Shown here piece by piece: positions 38,848 through 53,515 of a DNA stretch of 64,000 nucleotides. The DNA lies in assembly GCA_951406725.2 (NCBI GenBank), contig OX597814.1, positions 30,442,001 through 30,506,000 on the forward strand, in the 5' to 3' direction. Each line of letters starts with the position of its first letter. Within the stretch, counting starts at the first letter, position 1. Under the pieces are notes generated by a model, which was not told the DNA's origin, ran no database searches, and saw only the letters and a list, made by a program, of their open reading frames with translations. The stretch comes from Octopus vulgaris. Lineage: Eukaryota. A program made the position numbers and the translations under genes.

Positions 38848-39484
38848 TGCTATAGGCACAAGGCCTGAAATTTTTGGGGAGAGAGTCCAGTCTATTTAAT
38901 CCTCCCCAGTATGCAACTGATACTTAATTTATCAACCACGAAAGGATGAAAGGCAAAGTCGACCTCGGCGGAATTTGAACTCAGAACATAGCAGTAGACG
39001 AAATACTTATTTCTTTACTACCCACAAGGGGCTAAACACAGAGGGGACAAACAAGGACAGACATAGGTATTAAGTCGATTACATCGACCCCAGTGCGTAA
39101 CTTGTACTTAATTTATCGACCCCGAAAGGATGAAAGGCAAAGTCGACCTCGGCGGAATTTGAACTCAGAACGTAACGGCAGACGAAATACCGCTAAGCAT
39201 TTCGTCCGGCGTGCTAACGTTTCTGCCAGCTCGCCGCCTTTAGACTGAGCACTCCAGAGACACGTGTATTCTTAATGTAGTTTCCAGGGAGATTGAGCGT
39301 GACACAGAGTGTGACAAGGCTGGCCCCTTTGAACTACATGTACTACTCATTTTTGCCAGCCGAGTGGACTGGAGCAACGTGAAATAGAGTGTCTTGCGCA
39401 AGGACACAACGCGTCGCCGGGAATCGAACTCACGACCTTACGATTGTGAGCTGAATAATCTAACCACCAAGCCACGCACCTTCA
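38848..39484 (-). mobile_element. SINE A dimer (38848-39240) plus a group-C-related SINE (39243-39484)
   Basis: Two central domains; second element has a tRNA-like head GTGGCTTGGTGGTTAG...GTTCGATTCCC. Confidence 0.85.
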
Positions 39485-39506
39485 CAAAACACAGATACAT
39501 ACACAT

Positions 39507-39546
<40 letters not shown>

Positions 39547-39944
39547 GGACACAAATACTTACACACATACACACAGAGACAACTACATCCAAACACGTGT
39601 GTATAGGTGCATGTTGTATATTCAACATAGATTGGTTGTCGTATATCCGTGACGCAAAAGTAACCCGATCGCTTAAAAATTTAGTTTAAATAATAAATAA
39701 GAACATTTATAATAGAACAAAGGTAAGCCAAAGTATTGAATTAACAAGGAAATCAATCCGTTTTATGTGGTTGTATGTATATAAGCGCTTGCACACGTTG
39801 TTGGGAGCGCTGAGTAGTTAGGTTCCTTGTTTGTTTCTATTTAGAGTTAAATTTAGTTTACCACGTCACTTAAAAGCATATCCCAGAAACTTCCATGTGA
39901 CATAAAAAATAAGTTAAATTTATTTGGATTTTATTGTCAAACTT

Positions 39945-40341
39945 GAAGCACTTTGAAGCACTCCGTCGGTTACGACGACGAGGGTTCCGGTTGATCCGAA
40001 TCAACGGAACAGCCTGCTCGTGAAATTAACGTGTAAGTGGCTGAGCACTCCACAGACACGTGTACCCTTAACGTAGTTCTCGGGGATATTCAGCGTGACA
40101 CAGAGAGTGACAAGGCCGGCCCCTTCGAAATACAGGTACAACAGAAACAGGAAGTAAGAGTGAGAGAAAGTTGTGATGAAAGAGTACAGCAGGAATCACC
40201 ACCATCCCCTGCCGGAGCCTCGTGGAGCTTTTAGGTTTTTTTTCGCTCAATAAATACTCACAACGCCCGGTCTGGGAATCGAAACCGTGATCCTACGACC
40301 GCGAGTCCGCTGCCCTAACCATTGGGCCATTGCGCCTCCAC
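39945..40341 (-). mobile_element. SINE group C flanked by a perfect 97-bp direct repeat
   Basis: 39848-39944 equals 40342-40438; head GTGGAGGCGCAATGGCCCAATGGTTAGGGCAGCGGACTCG. Confidence 0.9.
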
Positions 40342-40618
40342 TAAATTTAGTTTACCACGTCACTTAAAAGCATATCCCAGAAACTTCCATGTGACATAAA
40401 AAATAAGTTAAATTTATTTGGATTTTATTGTCAAACTTAGAAAACATTAAATACATACAACACTGCGATGATTACATTAAAGTTTTATACAGTTATATTC
40501 AATATGACGATTCAATTAATTTTCTTCCTCACTAATGATATTAGACACGTAACGTAATTTAAAATGGTCTCTAGGCCGGCCCTGGTTGTTTTACGTCCCA
40601 CGATTTTGTACCAACTTT

Positions 40619-41060
40619 TAACCTCTCAACTAAACCAGTTTCAAGCACCCCCAGCATCACGCAGAGCCAACCAAAATGAAATGAAGGACAGTATAATAGA
40701 ATTCTGTAGAAAATTAAGACTCACAGAAGCATTAAATATAAGACTAAAGCTGTCGCTGATAAGCTCCAAGAGGACATCGCCTATAGCTAGCTATATGACA
40801 CACGAACCTGCGTCCATTACAACCTTCGAACAAGCTTTAGTCTTATATTTATAAAAAGATAGATATAGATGTAGATACACATACAACACACGCACACATA
40901 CACACACGTGCTTGTGTGGTAAGAAGTTTGCTTCCTAACCACATGGTTCCAGGTTCTGTTCTACTGCGTGGCACATTGGGCAAGTATCTTCCACTATAGC
41001 CCCGACTCGACCAAGGCCTTGTGAATAGATTTGATAGACGGGGACTGAAAGAAGCCCACC

Positions 41061-41130
<70 letters not shown>

Positions 41131-41775
41131 GAAATATTAAAATTACTAAGTCTCTCTAAAGGAGATTACGGCAGCGTCACTGGATATTAATAGTTATCGC
41201 CATACTAATATGGCAGTCTATAAATATAAGACTAAAGCTGTCGCTGATTAGCTCCAAGAGGCCATCGCAACCTTCGAACAGGGGAGGTCAGCCGCTTCAC
41301 CTTGCTAGTCAGACATCTGCAGACATGTTTCAGGGTTGTTGCCCTTTATCAATGCAGCGTAGTCAGAACCAGCAGGTGTCGCTACTGACCGTCTGTTCGA
41401 AGATTTTATTTACCTAGTTACAGTGGAATACATCCACTTGTTTTCAATAATAGAAATATTAAAATTACAAAGTCTCTCTAAAGGAGATTACGACAGCGTT
41501 ACTGGATATTAATAGTTATCGCCATACTAATATGGCAGTTTATAAATATAAGACTAAAGCTTGTTCGAAGGTTGTAATGCACGCAGTTTCGTGTATCATA
41601 TAGCTAGCTAGAGGCGATGGCCTCTTGGAGCTTATCAGCGACAGCTTTAGTCTTATATTTAATGCTTCTGTGAGTCTTAATTTTCTACAGAATTCTATTA
41701 TACTGTCCTTCATTTCATTTTGGTTGGCTCTGCGTGATGCTGGGGGTGCTTGAAACTGGTTTAGTTGAGAGGTTA
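40619..41775. mobile_element. Penelope-like element remnant: inverted arms, direct pseudo-LTR repeats and hammerhead
   Basis: Inverted arms 40619-40855/41539-41775; direct repeats 41127-41239/41449-41561; hammerhead motif 41317-41357; peptide EMKDSIIEFCRKLRLTE resembles the PLE N-terminal F.RKLRL motif. Confidence 0.75.
41317..41357 (-). ncRNA. Minimal type-I hammerhead candidate with UUGAUAA core
   Basis: CTGCA-TTGATAA-AGGG.CAACAA.CCCT-GAAA-CATG-TC-TGCAG; stems I and II perfect, palindromic stem III, GUC triplet. Confidence 0.72.
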
Positions 41776-42219
41776 ATTATTTTCGGTTTTTCCTGATCAC
41801 CAGGCTCCAACGTGTGTCCCAGTGTCTCTGGTCTGGAGCTAAAAAATGTTGGTTGCAGTTTGAGAAAATTTGAAAAGAAAATACGAAACCGGTTATTTCT
41901 CCAAAATCGATGTAACTACACACAAAATTTTATAACATTTTTCTAACATGACGATTTTAATATATTTTTTAACCACAAAATACAAGTCTTCTGTAGTTTT
42001 TTCATTCTATTTTGTTTATATATATATATATATATATATAATGCATACACGAGGCTGAATCAGAAATTAATGTAATTATTATTTGTATTACTGATTTACC
42101 CTTGCATATATCAAAAGGATCAAAGGTCCTTCCCAAGCCATAGGCTCATAAGGCCCATTTCCAGGAAGCTGTGGCGTATATATTCCGCCTTCTGCACGGA
42201 ACGCCATCGGAAACACATA

Positions 42220-43497
42220 CAAGGTGCATTCCAGAAGTTTTGAAGCTTTTTCGTGGTAGACATTTATTAATCTCAAATGTGTACAAAACCCTTGTCTCTT
42301 TCAAATTAGAATCCTCTGACTTCAATGCAGTTGTTGTAGCATTCCAGTCACTCCGTCAAGGCGCCGCGGAAGTCCTTTAAAGTGAAGGTGTTCAGGACCC
42401 TCCTTCATTTCCAGTTTGGGGAACAACCAAAAGTCACAGGTAGCAAGGCTTAGATTGTAGGGAAGGTGAGGGAGAGTTTTGATGTCCATCTCTGTCAAGT
42501 AGTTGGTTATCAGGATGGAACTCCCTCAAAATCTCTCCAAACGGTTTTTTACTGACAGTCTGGCCAGAGGGAACCTAGTGGATGTTGATAATATCTACAC
42601 TGCTATCCAAAAAGAAGATCGTCATGAGCTTCCCAGTGGACTTGCTGTGCCTGGCTTCTTGTGTCAGCGAAAAACATATGCTCAGATGACACAACTTAAT
42701 CCAAAAGCAGTGTAGAGCATTTCATAAGTTTCGATAGCGTTTTCGCTCAGTTTAATACAAAACTATATTGCATAGGTGGAGGCGCGTGGCTTAGTGGTTA
42801 GGGTGTCAGCACCATGATCGTAAAATTGACGCGTTGTGTTCTTGAGCAAAACACTTCATTCGACGTTGCTCCAGTCCACTCAGCTGGCAAAAATGAGTAA
42901 CGCTGCGATGGACTGGCGTCCCGTCCTGTTAGGGCACACATACGCCATAGAAGCCGGGAAACCGGACCCATGAGCCTGGCTAGGTTTTAAAAAGGGCGCA
43001 TTTATTTGTGGAGGCGCGTGGCTTAGTGGTTAGGGTGTCAGCATCATGATCGTAAGATTGTGGTTTCGATTCCTGGACCGGGCGACGCGTTGTATTCTTG
43101 AGCAAAACACTTCATTCCACGTTGCTCCAGTCCACTCAGCTGGCAAAAATGAGTAACGCTGCGATGGACTGGCGTCCCGTCCTGTTTGGGAACACATACG
43201 CTATAGAAACCGGAAAACGGGCCCATGGCTTTAAAAAGGCGTAATTATTATTATTATTTTTTATTATATATTGCAAAGCGAGCTTTCGAATGATCTTTGT
43301 GACGGAAGTGCATTTTGTAAATTAGTCAGCAGTGTTTAGCAGACCGTGTCCAAAGTGTTTTTACGACCGTTACAGTCAGTCTGGAATAACAAAAGTTGGC
43401 AAGTCAGTTGATTATATTTGTAGTAATATTACAATAATCTAGAACAACTATAAGTGGCTCTCCTAAAAAAGTCTGAAACCTTCTGGAATTCCCCTCA
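42220..43497 (-). mobile_element. Decayed mariner with both TIRs, interrupted by a SINE dimer
   Basis: HLPYNLSLATCDFWLFPKL (cf. HPPYSPDLAPCDF.LF); ends CAAGGTGCATTCCAGAAGTTT and AAACCTTCTGGAATTCCCCTCA. Confidence 0.75.
42776..43250 (+). mobile_element. Tandem dimer of a group-C-related tRNA SINE
   Basis: GTGGAGGCGCGTGGCTTAGTGGTTAGGG head at 42777 and ~43008; TATATTGCA on both flanks. Confidence 0.85.
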
Positions 43498-43559
43498 TAT
43501 ATTTATATGCATATATATAAGATGAGACGTGTCTATTTACTCTTGAGATGTGTGTGAGT

Positions 43560-43611
<52 letters not shown>

Positions 43612-43624
43612 CTTTTTTTCTTTT

Positions 43625-44655
<1,031 letters not shown>

Positions 44656-44662
44656 CAACAAC

Positions 44663-44705
<43 letters not shown>

Positions 44706-44711
<6 letters not shown>

Positions 44712-45010
44712 ATATTAATTAGAGACAAAACCACTATTATGCAAATCAAACAAAGAAAGACTTAATCCAATACATAAAATTTTTTATATAAATTAAATAA
44801 AATTAAGTTATCCACTACATAACTTAATTTTATTTAATTTATATAAAAATTTTATGTATTGGATTAAGTCTTTCTGTATTTGATTTGCATAATAGTGGTT
44901 TTATCTCTAATTAATATTATATAATATTTTACTATAAAATTGGATTCAATCCTAAATCTGATTTTTCCCTGTAAATTTGGATTTATTCCCTAATATTTAT
45001 TATTATATAT
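44706..45010. repeat. (TA)n-embedded fold-back (arms 44706-44811 and 44819-44923) plus unique tail
   Basis: AATTAGAGACAAAACCACTATTATGCAAATC is mirrored; tail TTGGATTTATTCCCTAATA also occurs alone in (TA)n at ~18950-18972. Confidence 0.85.
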
Positions 45011-45124
45011 ATATAGATGAAAAACAAATTTGATTTCGGCTGGATTCGCATTCAGAACGTAAATCACCACAAGGTAATTTATTGGACGATTCCGCTAATC
45101 TAGTACCCTCTTGTAGATATTCTT

Positions 45125-45348
45125 TTATTCTTTCACTTGTTTCAGTCATTTGACTGCGGCCTTGCTGGAGCACCGCCTTTTAGTAGAGCAAATCGATCCC
45201 AGGACTTATTCTTTGTAAGCCTAGTACTTATTCTATCGGTCTCTTTTTCCGAACCGCTAAGATGTAAACACACCAACATCGGTTGTCAAGCGATGGTGGA
45301 GATGGGGCGCACAAACACAGACATACAAATACATACATATATATATAT

Positions 45349-45391
<43 letters not shown>

Positions 45392-45872
45392 TACACACAC
45401 ATATATATATTTGAAACAAGAAAAAGGATGACTTCAGTGGTTGTTCTAATCAGTTTAATTTATTATTTTGAAACATTTTAATAATATAAATTTTAGTTTA
45501 TTAAATTAGTAAATTAATGATATAAAGTTTAGTTCATGGATCTATGAACTAGATCTATGAACTAAAATTTATATTATTAAAAAATAATGAATTAAACTGA
45601 TTAGAACTACCACTTGTTTATTATTTATTCAAAATTTAAAACAACACTCCTGTGTTACCATGAAATTTCTTTTACACGTTACAAATTACGCACAAATTTA
45701 GAGATTTATAAGCGCAGGAGTGGCTGTGTGGTAAGTAGCTTGCTTGCCAACAACATGGTTCCGGGTTCATTCCCACTGCGTGGCACCTTGGGCAAGTGTT
45801 TTCTGCTATAGCCTCGGGCCGACCGTAATCTTGTAAGTGGATTTGGTAGACGGAAACCGAAGGAAGCTCTTC

Positions 45873-45928
<56 letters not shown>

Positions 45929-45955
45929 GTGTGTGTGTGTGTGTGCGTGTATGTG

Positions 45956-45997
<42 letters not shown>

Positions 45998-46215
45998 CGC
46001 ATGTTTGTGTGTCTGTGTTTGTCCCCCCAACATCACTTGAAAACCGATGATGGTGTGTTTACGTCCCTAACTTAGCGGTTCCTCAAAAAGAGACCGATAG
46101 AATAAGTACTAGGGTTACAAAGAATAAGTCCCGGGGTCAATTTGCTCGACTAAAGGCGATGCTCCAGCATAGCCGCAGTCAAATGACCGAAACAAGTAAA
46201 AGAATAAAAGAGTAA
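45125..46215. mobile_element. SINE B 3' half (-), small fold-back 45437-45613, full SINE B (+, 45710-46215)
   Basis: GTGGTTGTTCTAATCAGTTTAATT vs AATTAAACTGATTAGAACTACCAC; SINE B motifs on both sides. Confidence 0.8.
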
Positions 46216-46793
46216 AACAGATTTGTTGTACAAGCACAACTTCAAATTTAAAGAGTGGGCCATAAAAAACTGAATTACTTTCATGTCTGTGTCGAGGGCA
46301 TTATAACTCAAACGGAATTGCTACGCTCGGCTAATTAATAATTACATGGTTTATAACACACCACATGAATAAACGGTGGTGGGATGGTGCTGCAGCTGCT
46401 ACTTAATCAGACTAGGAAGGAAAACCTTCCGTGACCTTTGTAGAACAACAGAGATTGCTGAGTGAATAGAAGGAAAGCAGAAATGAAAAAAGCACGATTG
46501 TAGGTCAAGCTATCGAATTATCTATTCTCATATTTGAAACCCGGGCCAAATGCTTGCGACAGAACAGAATTCCCCCAAAATAATATTTTAGTATCAAACT
46601 GTATCAGATTAGGTGCATAGGTGCACTACCCAAGAATAGGTAGAGTCCATCCGACTAACATCCGCATATTTTCTTAAGAGGCTTGCGTCGGCTACAACGG
46701 AAATCATTTTCGCAAATGCATTGGCGACAATCCCGAAATTACGTAAATAGGGTAAAAAAAAAGTTGTATTCATTCCAATTATCAATCAGGATA

Positions 46794-47307
46794 TCTCTAT
46801 ATATAAAACTGTAGTTGTGTGAGTGTCTGTCCCCTTCGATTTAAATTCCTAACTACTCCCACATTTTGCGGTGCAGTTTAACCAAATTCGGGTATCTTAT
46901 AGTCGTGATTCATATCGAGCCCGTCTGAGGTATTAGCGCGCGTCTACGATGAGTCTACGATTTTTAAAATAATTTAACATCATTTTTTATTCCATTTTAA
47001 TGCATAATTTTTCGTGTGTCGATGGCGGCGGAGTTGACGTCCATCGTCACACCTGCACCTGTTTGCTTCTCCCCCTTCTTCCCTCCCTCGTGAAGCTGTG
47101 GGGAAGGGAGTGTAAGGAAATCAACGTCGTAAAGCGTTGTCAAGGAGACCAGCGTTCTTTTAGAACAACGACTTCATGGCTTGAAGAGACCAAAACAGAA
47201 ATGGCTAAGAAAGCCCGAATTGGCATCTATAAGGGAAGTAACTCTCTAAAAATGCTTATATAGTTATTTCCCTTACAAACCCGAGCAACGCCGGGCGATA
47301 CTGCTAG
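46794..47307 (+). mobile_element. Non-autonomous Helitron
   Basis: A|TC start, subterminal hairpin CCCGAGCAACGCCGGG, CTAG|T end, no TSD. Confidence 0.88.
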
Positions 47308-47591
47308 TTCATTTATAAGAAAATATTTCTGACCTTGCTCTAAAATAATTTGGAAAGTATAATACAGGGAAAGAATACTCGGATTTTATAACTGAAGACT
47401 CACGATTTTGTACTCGTTTACTTCAGTTACTCGGATCGACGATGTTGTCTCATTTCAATGCAGCCAAAATCCCAAAACACGAAGAACAAACACAAGTCCA
47501 ATAGAAACGTATCTATCTGTTTGTCTGATAATGTATGTATATGTATGTATGTTTGTATGTATGTATAAATGTACGCGTACATATGTATTTT

Positions 47592-47900
47592 ATATCACGT
47601 GATCACGTGACCGACCAGACCATCAGATGTTGTTACACATCGCTGGTCACAATGCGTTCGCATTGTTTAAGCCTTCGAATGACGCCACCCCGCTGGCTAA
47701 GCGAGCAGGCCAACAGAAGAAAGAGTGGGAGAAAGAGTGGTGAAAGAGTACAGCAGGGATCACCGCCCCCTGCCGGAGCCTCGTGGAGCTTTTAGGTGTT
47801 TTCGCTCAATAAAGACTCACAACGCCCGGTCTGGGAATCGAAACCGCGATCCTGCGACCGCGAGTCCGCTGCTCTAACCACTAGGCCATAGCGCCTCCAC
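47592..47900 (-). mobile_element. SINE group C with another tail type
   Basis: Shared head and body to GAAAG.GTACAGCAGGG, distinct 3' region ending at ATCACGTGATCACGTGA. Confidence 0.8.
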
Positions 47901-47909
47901 ATATATGTG

Positions 47910-48037
<128 letters not shown>

Positions 48038-48431
48038 ATATGTATATATATATATATATTTATGCATGAATTTGTGCATGTATATAGCTGGGTATGAACA
48101 CACATTCACCAGATAGATATAGTACTTGACTTAAAATCTCTCGCAGTCACATCAATAGGAACTGGACACAGGAAAGAGGTCAGCATCCGTTTCTTTCTTA
48201 GTAGAATGTCAATTATTTCCCGAAAATCAAAAAGAAAAACCAAGCAACACAACGTACATCAGCAGATAATTTTTTAATTGTTTTGGCTCAAAATTGGCAG
48301 TCATTTAATATGAAACAGTTAAATGAGCGGATTATTAAATAAATAGAAACTACTTCTCGGAACACAAGATGTCGAAATAATTCTGAGAAGAATTTGTCCA
48401 AATAATTACTTTCATATCGCAGTTTAACGTT

Positions 48432-48499
<68 letters not shown>

Positions 48500-48561
48500 T
48501 CTCTCTATTTATTTATTTACTAATTATACGCATTTATTCATTTGTTTGTTTTCTGAAGGTT

Positions 48562-48592
<31 letters not shown>

Positions 48593-48731
48593 TTCTCTCC
48601 CTCTCTCTCTCTCGTTATATGTATATATATATGTGTGCGTGTGTGTGTGTATAGAATGTAAGGGTGTGATGTACAGAATTGAATATTGAGAAAAAAGTCG
48701 TCAGAATTTTGGAAAAAAATCCTTTTATTTC

Positions 48732-48813
<82 letters not shown>

Positions 48814-48852
48814 CATACATAACATCGTCATTTAGCGCCTGTTTTCCATGCT

Positions 48853-48887
<35 letters not shown>

Positions 48888-49091
48888 CCGCGTGTGTACC
48901 GTTGGCGATTTTTTTCCTCCGTCTTTCCCCCTCTTTGGATCTTTCCTTTTCCTATGTTTCTGACGAAGAGATCCGCTCGGAACGTTAAACCCTCCTTCTT
49001 TCCTTCTTTCCTGACCGTCCAATAATACTATACTTGTTCCACGTGCTCGCATTGTTGTGTTTTCTCTTTGTGTTTTCATGTTTGGATTAAC

Positions 49092-49149
<58 letters not shown>

Positions 49150-49269
49150 TGTATGTATGTATGTATGTATGTATGCATGTATGTATGTATGCATGTATGT
49201 ATGGTGAGGGATAAATATTATTTGATAAGCACACTATATATTTTTATGAGCTACTAATAGTTTCATGCA

Positions 49270-51545
49270 ATGAAAACAACTAAGATAACATTTTATAACA
49301 TGTCTGGTGCCGTCACGCCTGAGGATTGTGTTAATTTGTCTTTTCATACCTTGAAGACAGGTGTGTGCATTTCAACCCCAGAGAAAGCAGCAGTGGAATC
49401 ACTTTTCGAATTCATGAACGAATATTTCCTGTCCCAACTTGTGTCCCAAGGAAATTCAACAAAAATACATTGGACTTAGTGTTTAGTAACCACACTAACA
49501 CTATCCATATTATTACAGTCGAAAGAATTATCCTTTCCCACTACGATATAATTCTCTCTTTCATCTACTCTCTCGCTCCAAGCAGCATCAATACATCCTG
49601 CTTGCTACATGTTCACACCACACTCTACTACAGTCCATGGGCATAAAAATCCACCTTCTCCCACATAACAGAAGAACACTTATAAGGAAAATAAAAAGGA
49701 CGGATCTTTTCGGTTTGAACGGCAGTTTTTAACATAATTTCTAGGTAACTAAAAAAGTTTTAACTTCGTATACTGGTAGAATGTGTTTATAAAACATCTT
49801 TTTCTCTTGGCTTTATTGAGAAAATTCTATAGTTTGTAAGATATTTGTTTTTTTCTTCAATTTCTGCAATTTTAACCAATCACTGACGTCTATTGAGGTA
49901 AACAACATTCTGTGCCGTATGAATATGTCCCTCGTTTAAGAAACAGATTGGGTTTATTTACATTTGTGAAGAAAAAAAGATACCCTTCCTCCCACCCCTA
50001 ACCTAACCCTAACCCTAACCCTAACTAACCCTAACCCTAAAATAGATTGAAATGCAACAGATCGATACTAGGGTCATAATTATGGGTGACAATTTCATAT
50101 GACACCGCTAGAAAAAAACTGCCGTTCAAACCGAAAAGATCCAAAAGGACTAATCGAAAACTCATTTGGCTAAAATATTGCCCGCTGCAACGTTCGCATT
50201 TGACAAATATAGCTTTACTAGAACAAAAAAAACCCCTTTTTCTCCAAACTGCATAAAGATTATCATCGCTAGTTAAAGAACAGCAGAAGGGGCCATTGAG
50301 AAAATAAAAATTAATCCCAAGGTGTTATTCGCGTTCGTCAAAAAGCATAAGGTCGCTGTTTCATCTGTTGGACCTTTGATGGATGAAGATGACATGCTAC
50401 ATAGGGGAGCAGAAGACACGGTCAAGATTCTTCAGAAGCAATACTGTCCCACTTTCAGCAATGCCAACATGGTTAATCCTGATAGCATCGGTGAAACAAA
50501 CCCCTAGTACACCCTATCTAATATATCATTTCACACCCGGATACCATAACAGCTATTAACAAAATTACAAACAACTCATTTACAGGCCCGACAAGTTCCC
50601 TGCTAGAGTCCTGAAGGAGCGGCGTCACCAACTGGCATTCCCCTTTAGCTATTCTCTGAAGAAAATCATTGAACGCTGGCCACATTCCTGAGAATTTCCT
50701 ATCACAGTCGACTATCCCAGTTTTCAAAAGGAACAACAAATTGCTGGCAGTGAATTGCCGACTAATTTCACTTCTCATATCGTCAAATTATTTGACAGAG
50801 AGGTGACCTCTCGAGTAATTCACTCCCTAGAAAGTAACAGCCTAATTATTCCCAATCAGCATGGATATCATTTCGATAACATCCTAAAGGCTCGGGAAAA
50901 GCCTTCTGTGCAGATGTCATCTACCCGGACTTCAGCAAGACCTTCGACAAGGTTGACCACAGCATCCTATTAAAGAAACTATTGAACATTGAATAAAATG
51001 GTCCCCTGTGGTCGCCCAACATAAAGCAGAATATAATAAAAATTGAAGCACCCCAGAGGTCGATCACAAGGAAAATAAACGACATGACAGGTCTTGAGGA
51101 TTGGGATCATCTTGGGAAACTCACACTTTATTCCCTTCAATATCGCCGTGAGTGCTATATCATTTGTATGATGTGAAAAATTTTCCAACAGCAATGCACA
51201 AATAATGTTGGCATCAACTTTAAAATTCACCCAAGACTTGGTACCCGTCTTCTACAAAAATCATGTTCACGTCACATCACAACACTAAGACAAACATTTC
51301 ACCTCAACTGGCTCTGTTCTATTTAACATCATGCCAAGGCACATAAGAGAAGGAAAAAATCTACCATTCAAAAATGTCCTGGACATATGTCTCCAAAAAA
51401 TTCCGGATAGACCATCCGGATACATCCTTGCAAACAATAACTCTTGACTCAAATGGACTATTGTGCTCAAAACATGACTAATATAAAACACAATAAATGT
51501 CTTTTTATCTGAGCCAGTTCTAGCCGAAACTTATCTAAAGTATCT
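49270..51545 (+). pseudogene. Heavily decayed, internally deleted CR1-group LINE
   Basis: NEYFLSQLV and TLDLVFSN (APE end), IKINPKVLFAFVKK, IYPDFSKTFDKVDHSILLKK (RT), LDICLQKIPDRP C-terminus. Confidence 0.8.
49702..50142. mobile_element. 441-bp MITE, 29-bp perfect TIRs, 8-bp TSD (Merlin-like), with internal (CCCTAA)n
   Basis: TIR GGATCTTTTCGGTTTGAACGGCAGTTTTT at both ends; AAAAGGAC at 49694-49701 and 50143-50150. Confidence 0.92.
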
Positions 51546-52334
51546 CAGTAACAAAATATGACACAGCTGAGCAATACAGGATGCAAAGAGGCATTGGTCA
51601 ATGGCAAATGATATTCAAATAAACAACTTTTTAAAAACACTTCAAAATAACAGGATCTAAAAAAAAGGCAAAATAAAAGATGTATAAAACGGAAATGCTT
51701 ATATAAAAATAAAATAATTTGTGAATTTGCAAATAAAAATACCTTAATCATAAACAACATCAAGTAAAATAACATCGTAGGCGGCCGTATATCGCAGCCA
51801 TTGCGACGCGACGAATGCACTGTGCCAAGTGAACCTGAAAAATGCTAGGATGCAGTAGCGTGAGAGTTGAGAGCTACGGGAGAAAAAATTCACTTTAAAT
51901 AAGCAATATAGTCTACATATGTAGTGAATAATATTTTACTTTTTCTGAACAATATTTTAATGTCATTATTTAGTTTATTTCAAGATTTCTTGCCAATAGA
52001 GAAAGAAGTGGTTTCTAACATAGATCCAAGAAATTTCATTGGAATTTCAACATCAACAGCAGAGCATTTTTGTATGTATGTATGTATGTATGTATGTATG
52101 TATGTATGTATGTATGTATGTATGTATGTATGTATGTATGTGTGTGTGTATGTGTGTATGTATGTATGTATGTATGTATGTATGTATGTATTTATGTACA
52201 TATGTATGCATATATGTATGTACGTATGTATGTATATATGTATATAAGCATGTGTGTGTGTATATATATATATATATACGCACACACACACATATATATA
52301 TATACATATACATACATATATATAAATATATATC

Positions 52335-52545
52335 TTTTACTTGCTTCAGTCATTTGACTGCGGCCATGCTGGAGCACCGCCTTTAGTCGAGCAAATCGAC
52401 CCCGGGACTTATTCTTTGTAAGCCCAGTACTTATTCTATCGTTCTCTTTTGCCGAACCGCTAAGTGACGGGGACGTAAACACACCAGCATCGGTTGTCAA
52501 GCAATGCTTGGGAGACAAACACAGACACACAAACACATACACACA
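52335..52545 (-). mobile_element. SINE group B 3' half
   Basis: TCAGTCATTTGACTGCGGCCATGCTGGAGCACCGCC... Confidence 0.85.
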
Positions 52546-52827
52546 CATATTCCAGGTCTTGTGACTTTAGTAGAAAATATTATTACTCTAGAACATTGTC
52601 GATCCCTAGAGCATGTATTTCTTTAGGCTTTGAAGCAGCAACACATTCAATATAATTTCTAACCTCTTCGCGATTAATAAACTGTTTTCCTCAAAATAAT
52701 GTTGGAATGACCCGAAAAGATGACAGCCAGATGTAGCAAGGTCAGGCAAATAAGGAGGATGAGACAAAGATTTTCATATTTTGTGCCATAATCTATTCCG
52801 TGGTGAATTGGACAATATGGCGTCTTG

Positions 52828-53515
52828 TATTATTATTATTATTATTATTGAGTGAGAGAGCAGTGCATGCCAACAAAGTGACATTGGGGTAAAATATACG
52901 AAGTCTAGTATACCCATCATGACTACCCGTCTGATAAGGGTACACCAAGCACATGCATCACAACCAAATGTGCGCGACATGGTGATCTCATATCAAGGTA
53001 AACAGCGCATGACCTTGTAGGTGGGGCCCAGTTAGAATTTTCTTCTTGTCGAGTAGCCAATCCCGCTCAAAAGGTCCCTGAATAAGAGTTGCTTAAAGAT
53101 GTTGAACGAACCACCTATGTTTCCAAAGGTGAATTATCCAAACCTCCAAGAATTCCTTTCAACACACAGCTATTATGCTCCCCTACGACTTCTGCTCGTG
53201 ATCAGAGATGCACATATCGTCAGCCACTAAGGGACATGGTCAACTGGTTACGGTCAAACAACTGACAAGCAAATCTGTGGTATTGAGCAGAATATTTGCT
53301 GTAGCCCATCTTTTATACCAAGACAAAACAATGTACATGATAACACTTCCAATCAGTTAAGATCAGAAGCCATGAGAGCCACTGCCTGGTACTGCATCAG
53401 GGCATTGATGCTCCCCCACTACTTCTGCTCGTGATCAGAGATGCACATATCGTCAGCCACTAAGGGACATGCTCAACTGGTTAAGGTCAAACAACTGACA
53501 AGCAAATCTGTGGTA

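Noticed and set aside
40270-40341. tRNA-Arg-like sequence, with similar heads at 18385, 44146, 47900 and 59574
   Set aside because: SINE heads continuing into SINE bodies; no proper acceptor stem or terminator
49996-50040. Chromosome end or fusion scar
   Set aside because: Short tract lies inside a TIR/TSD-bounded MITE
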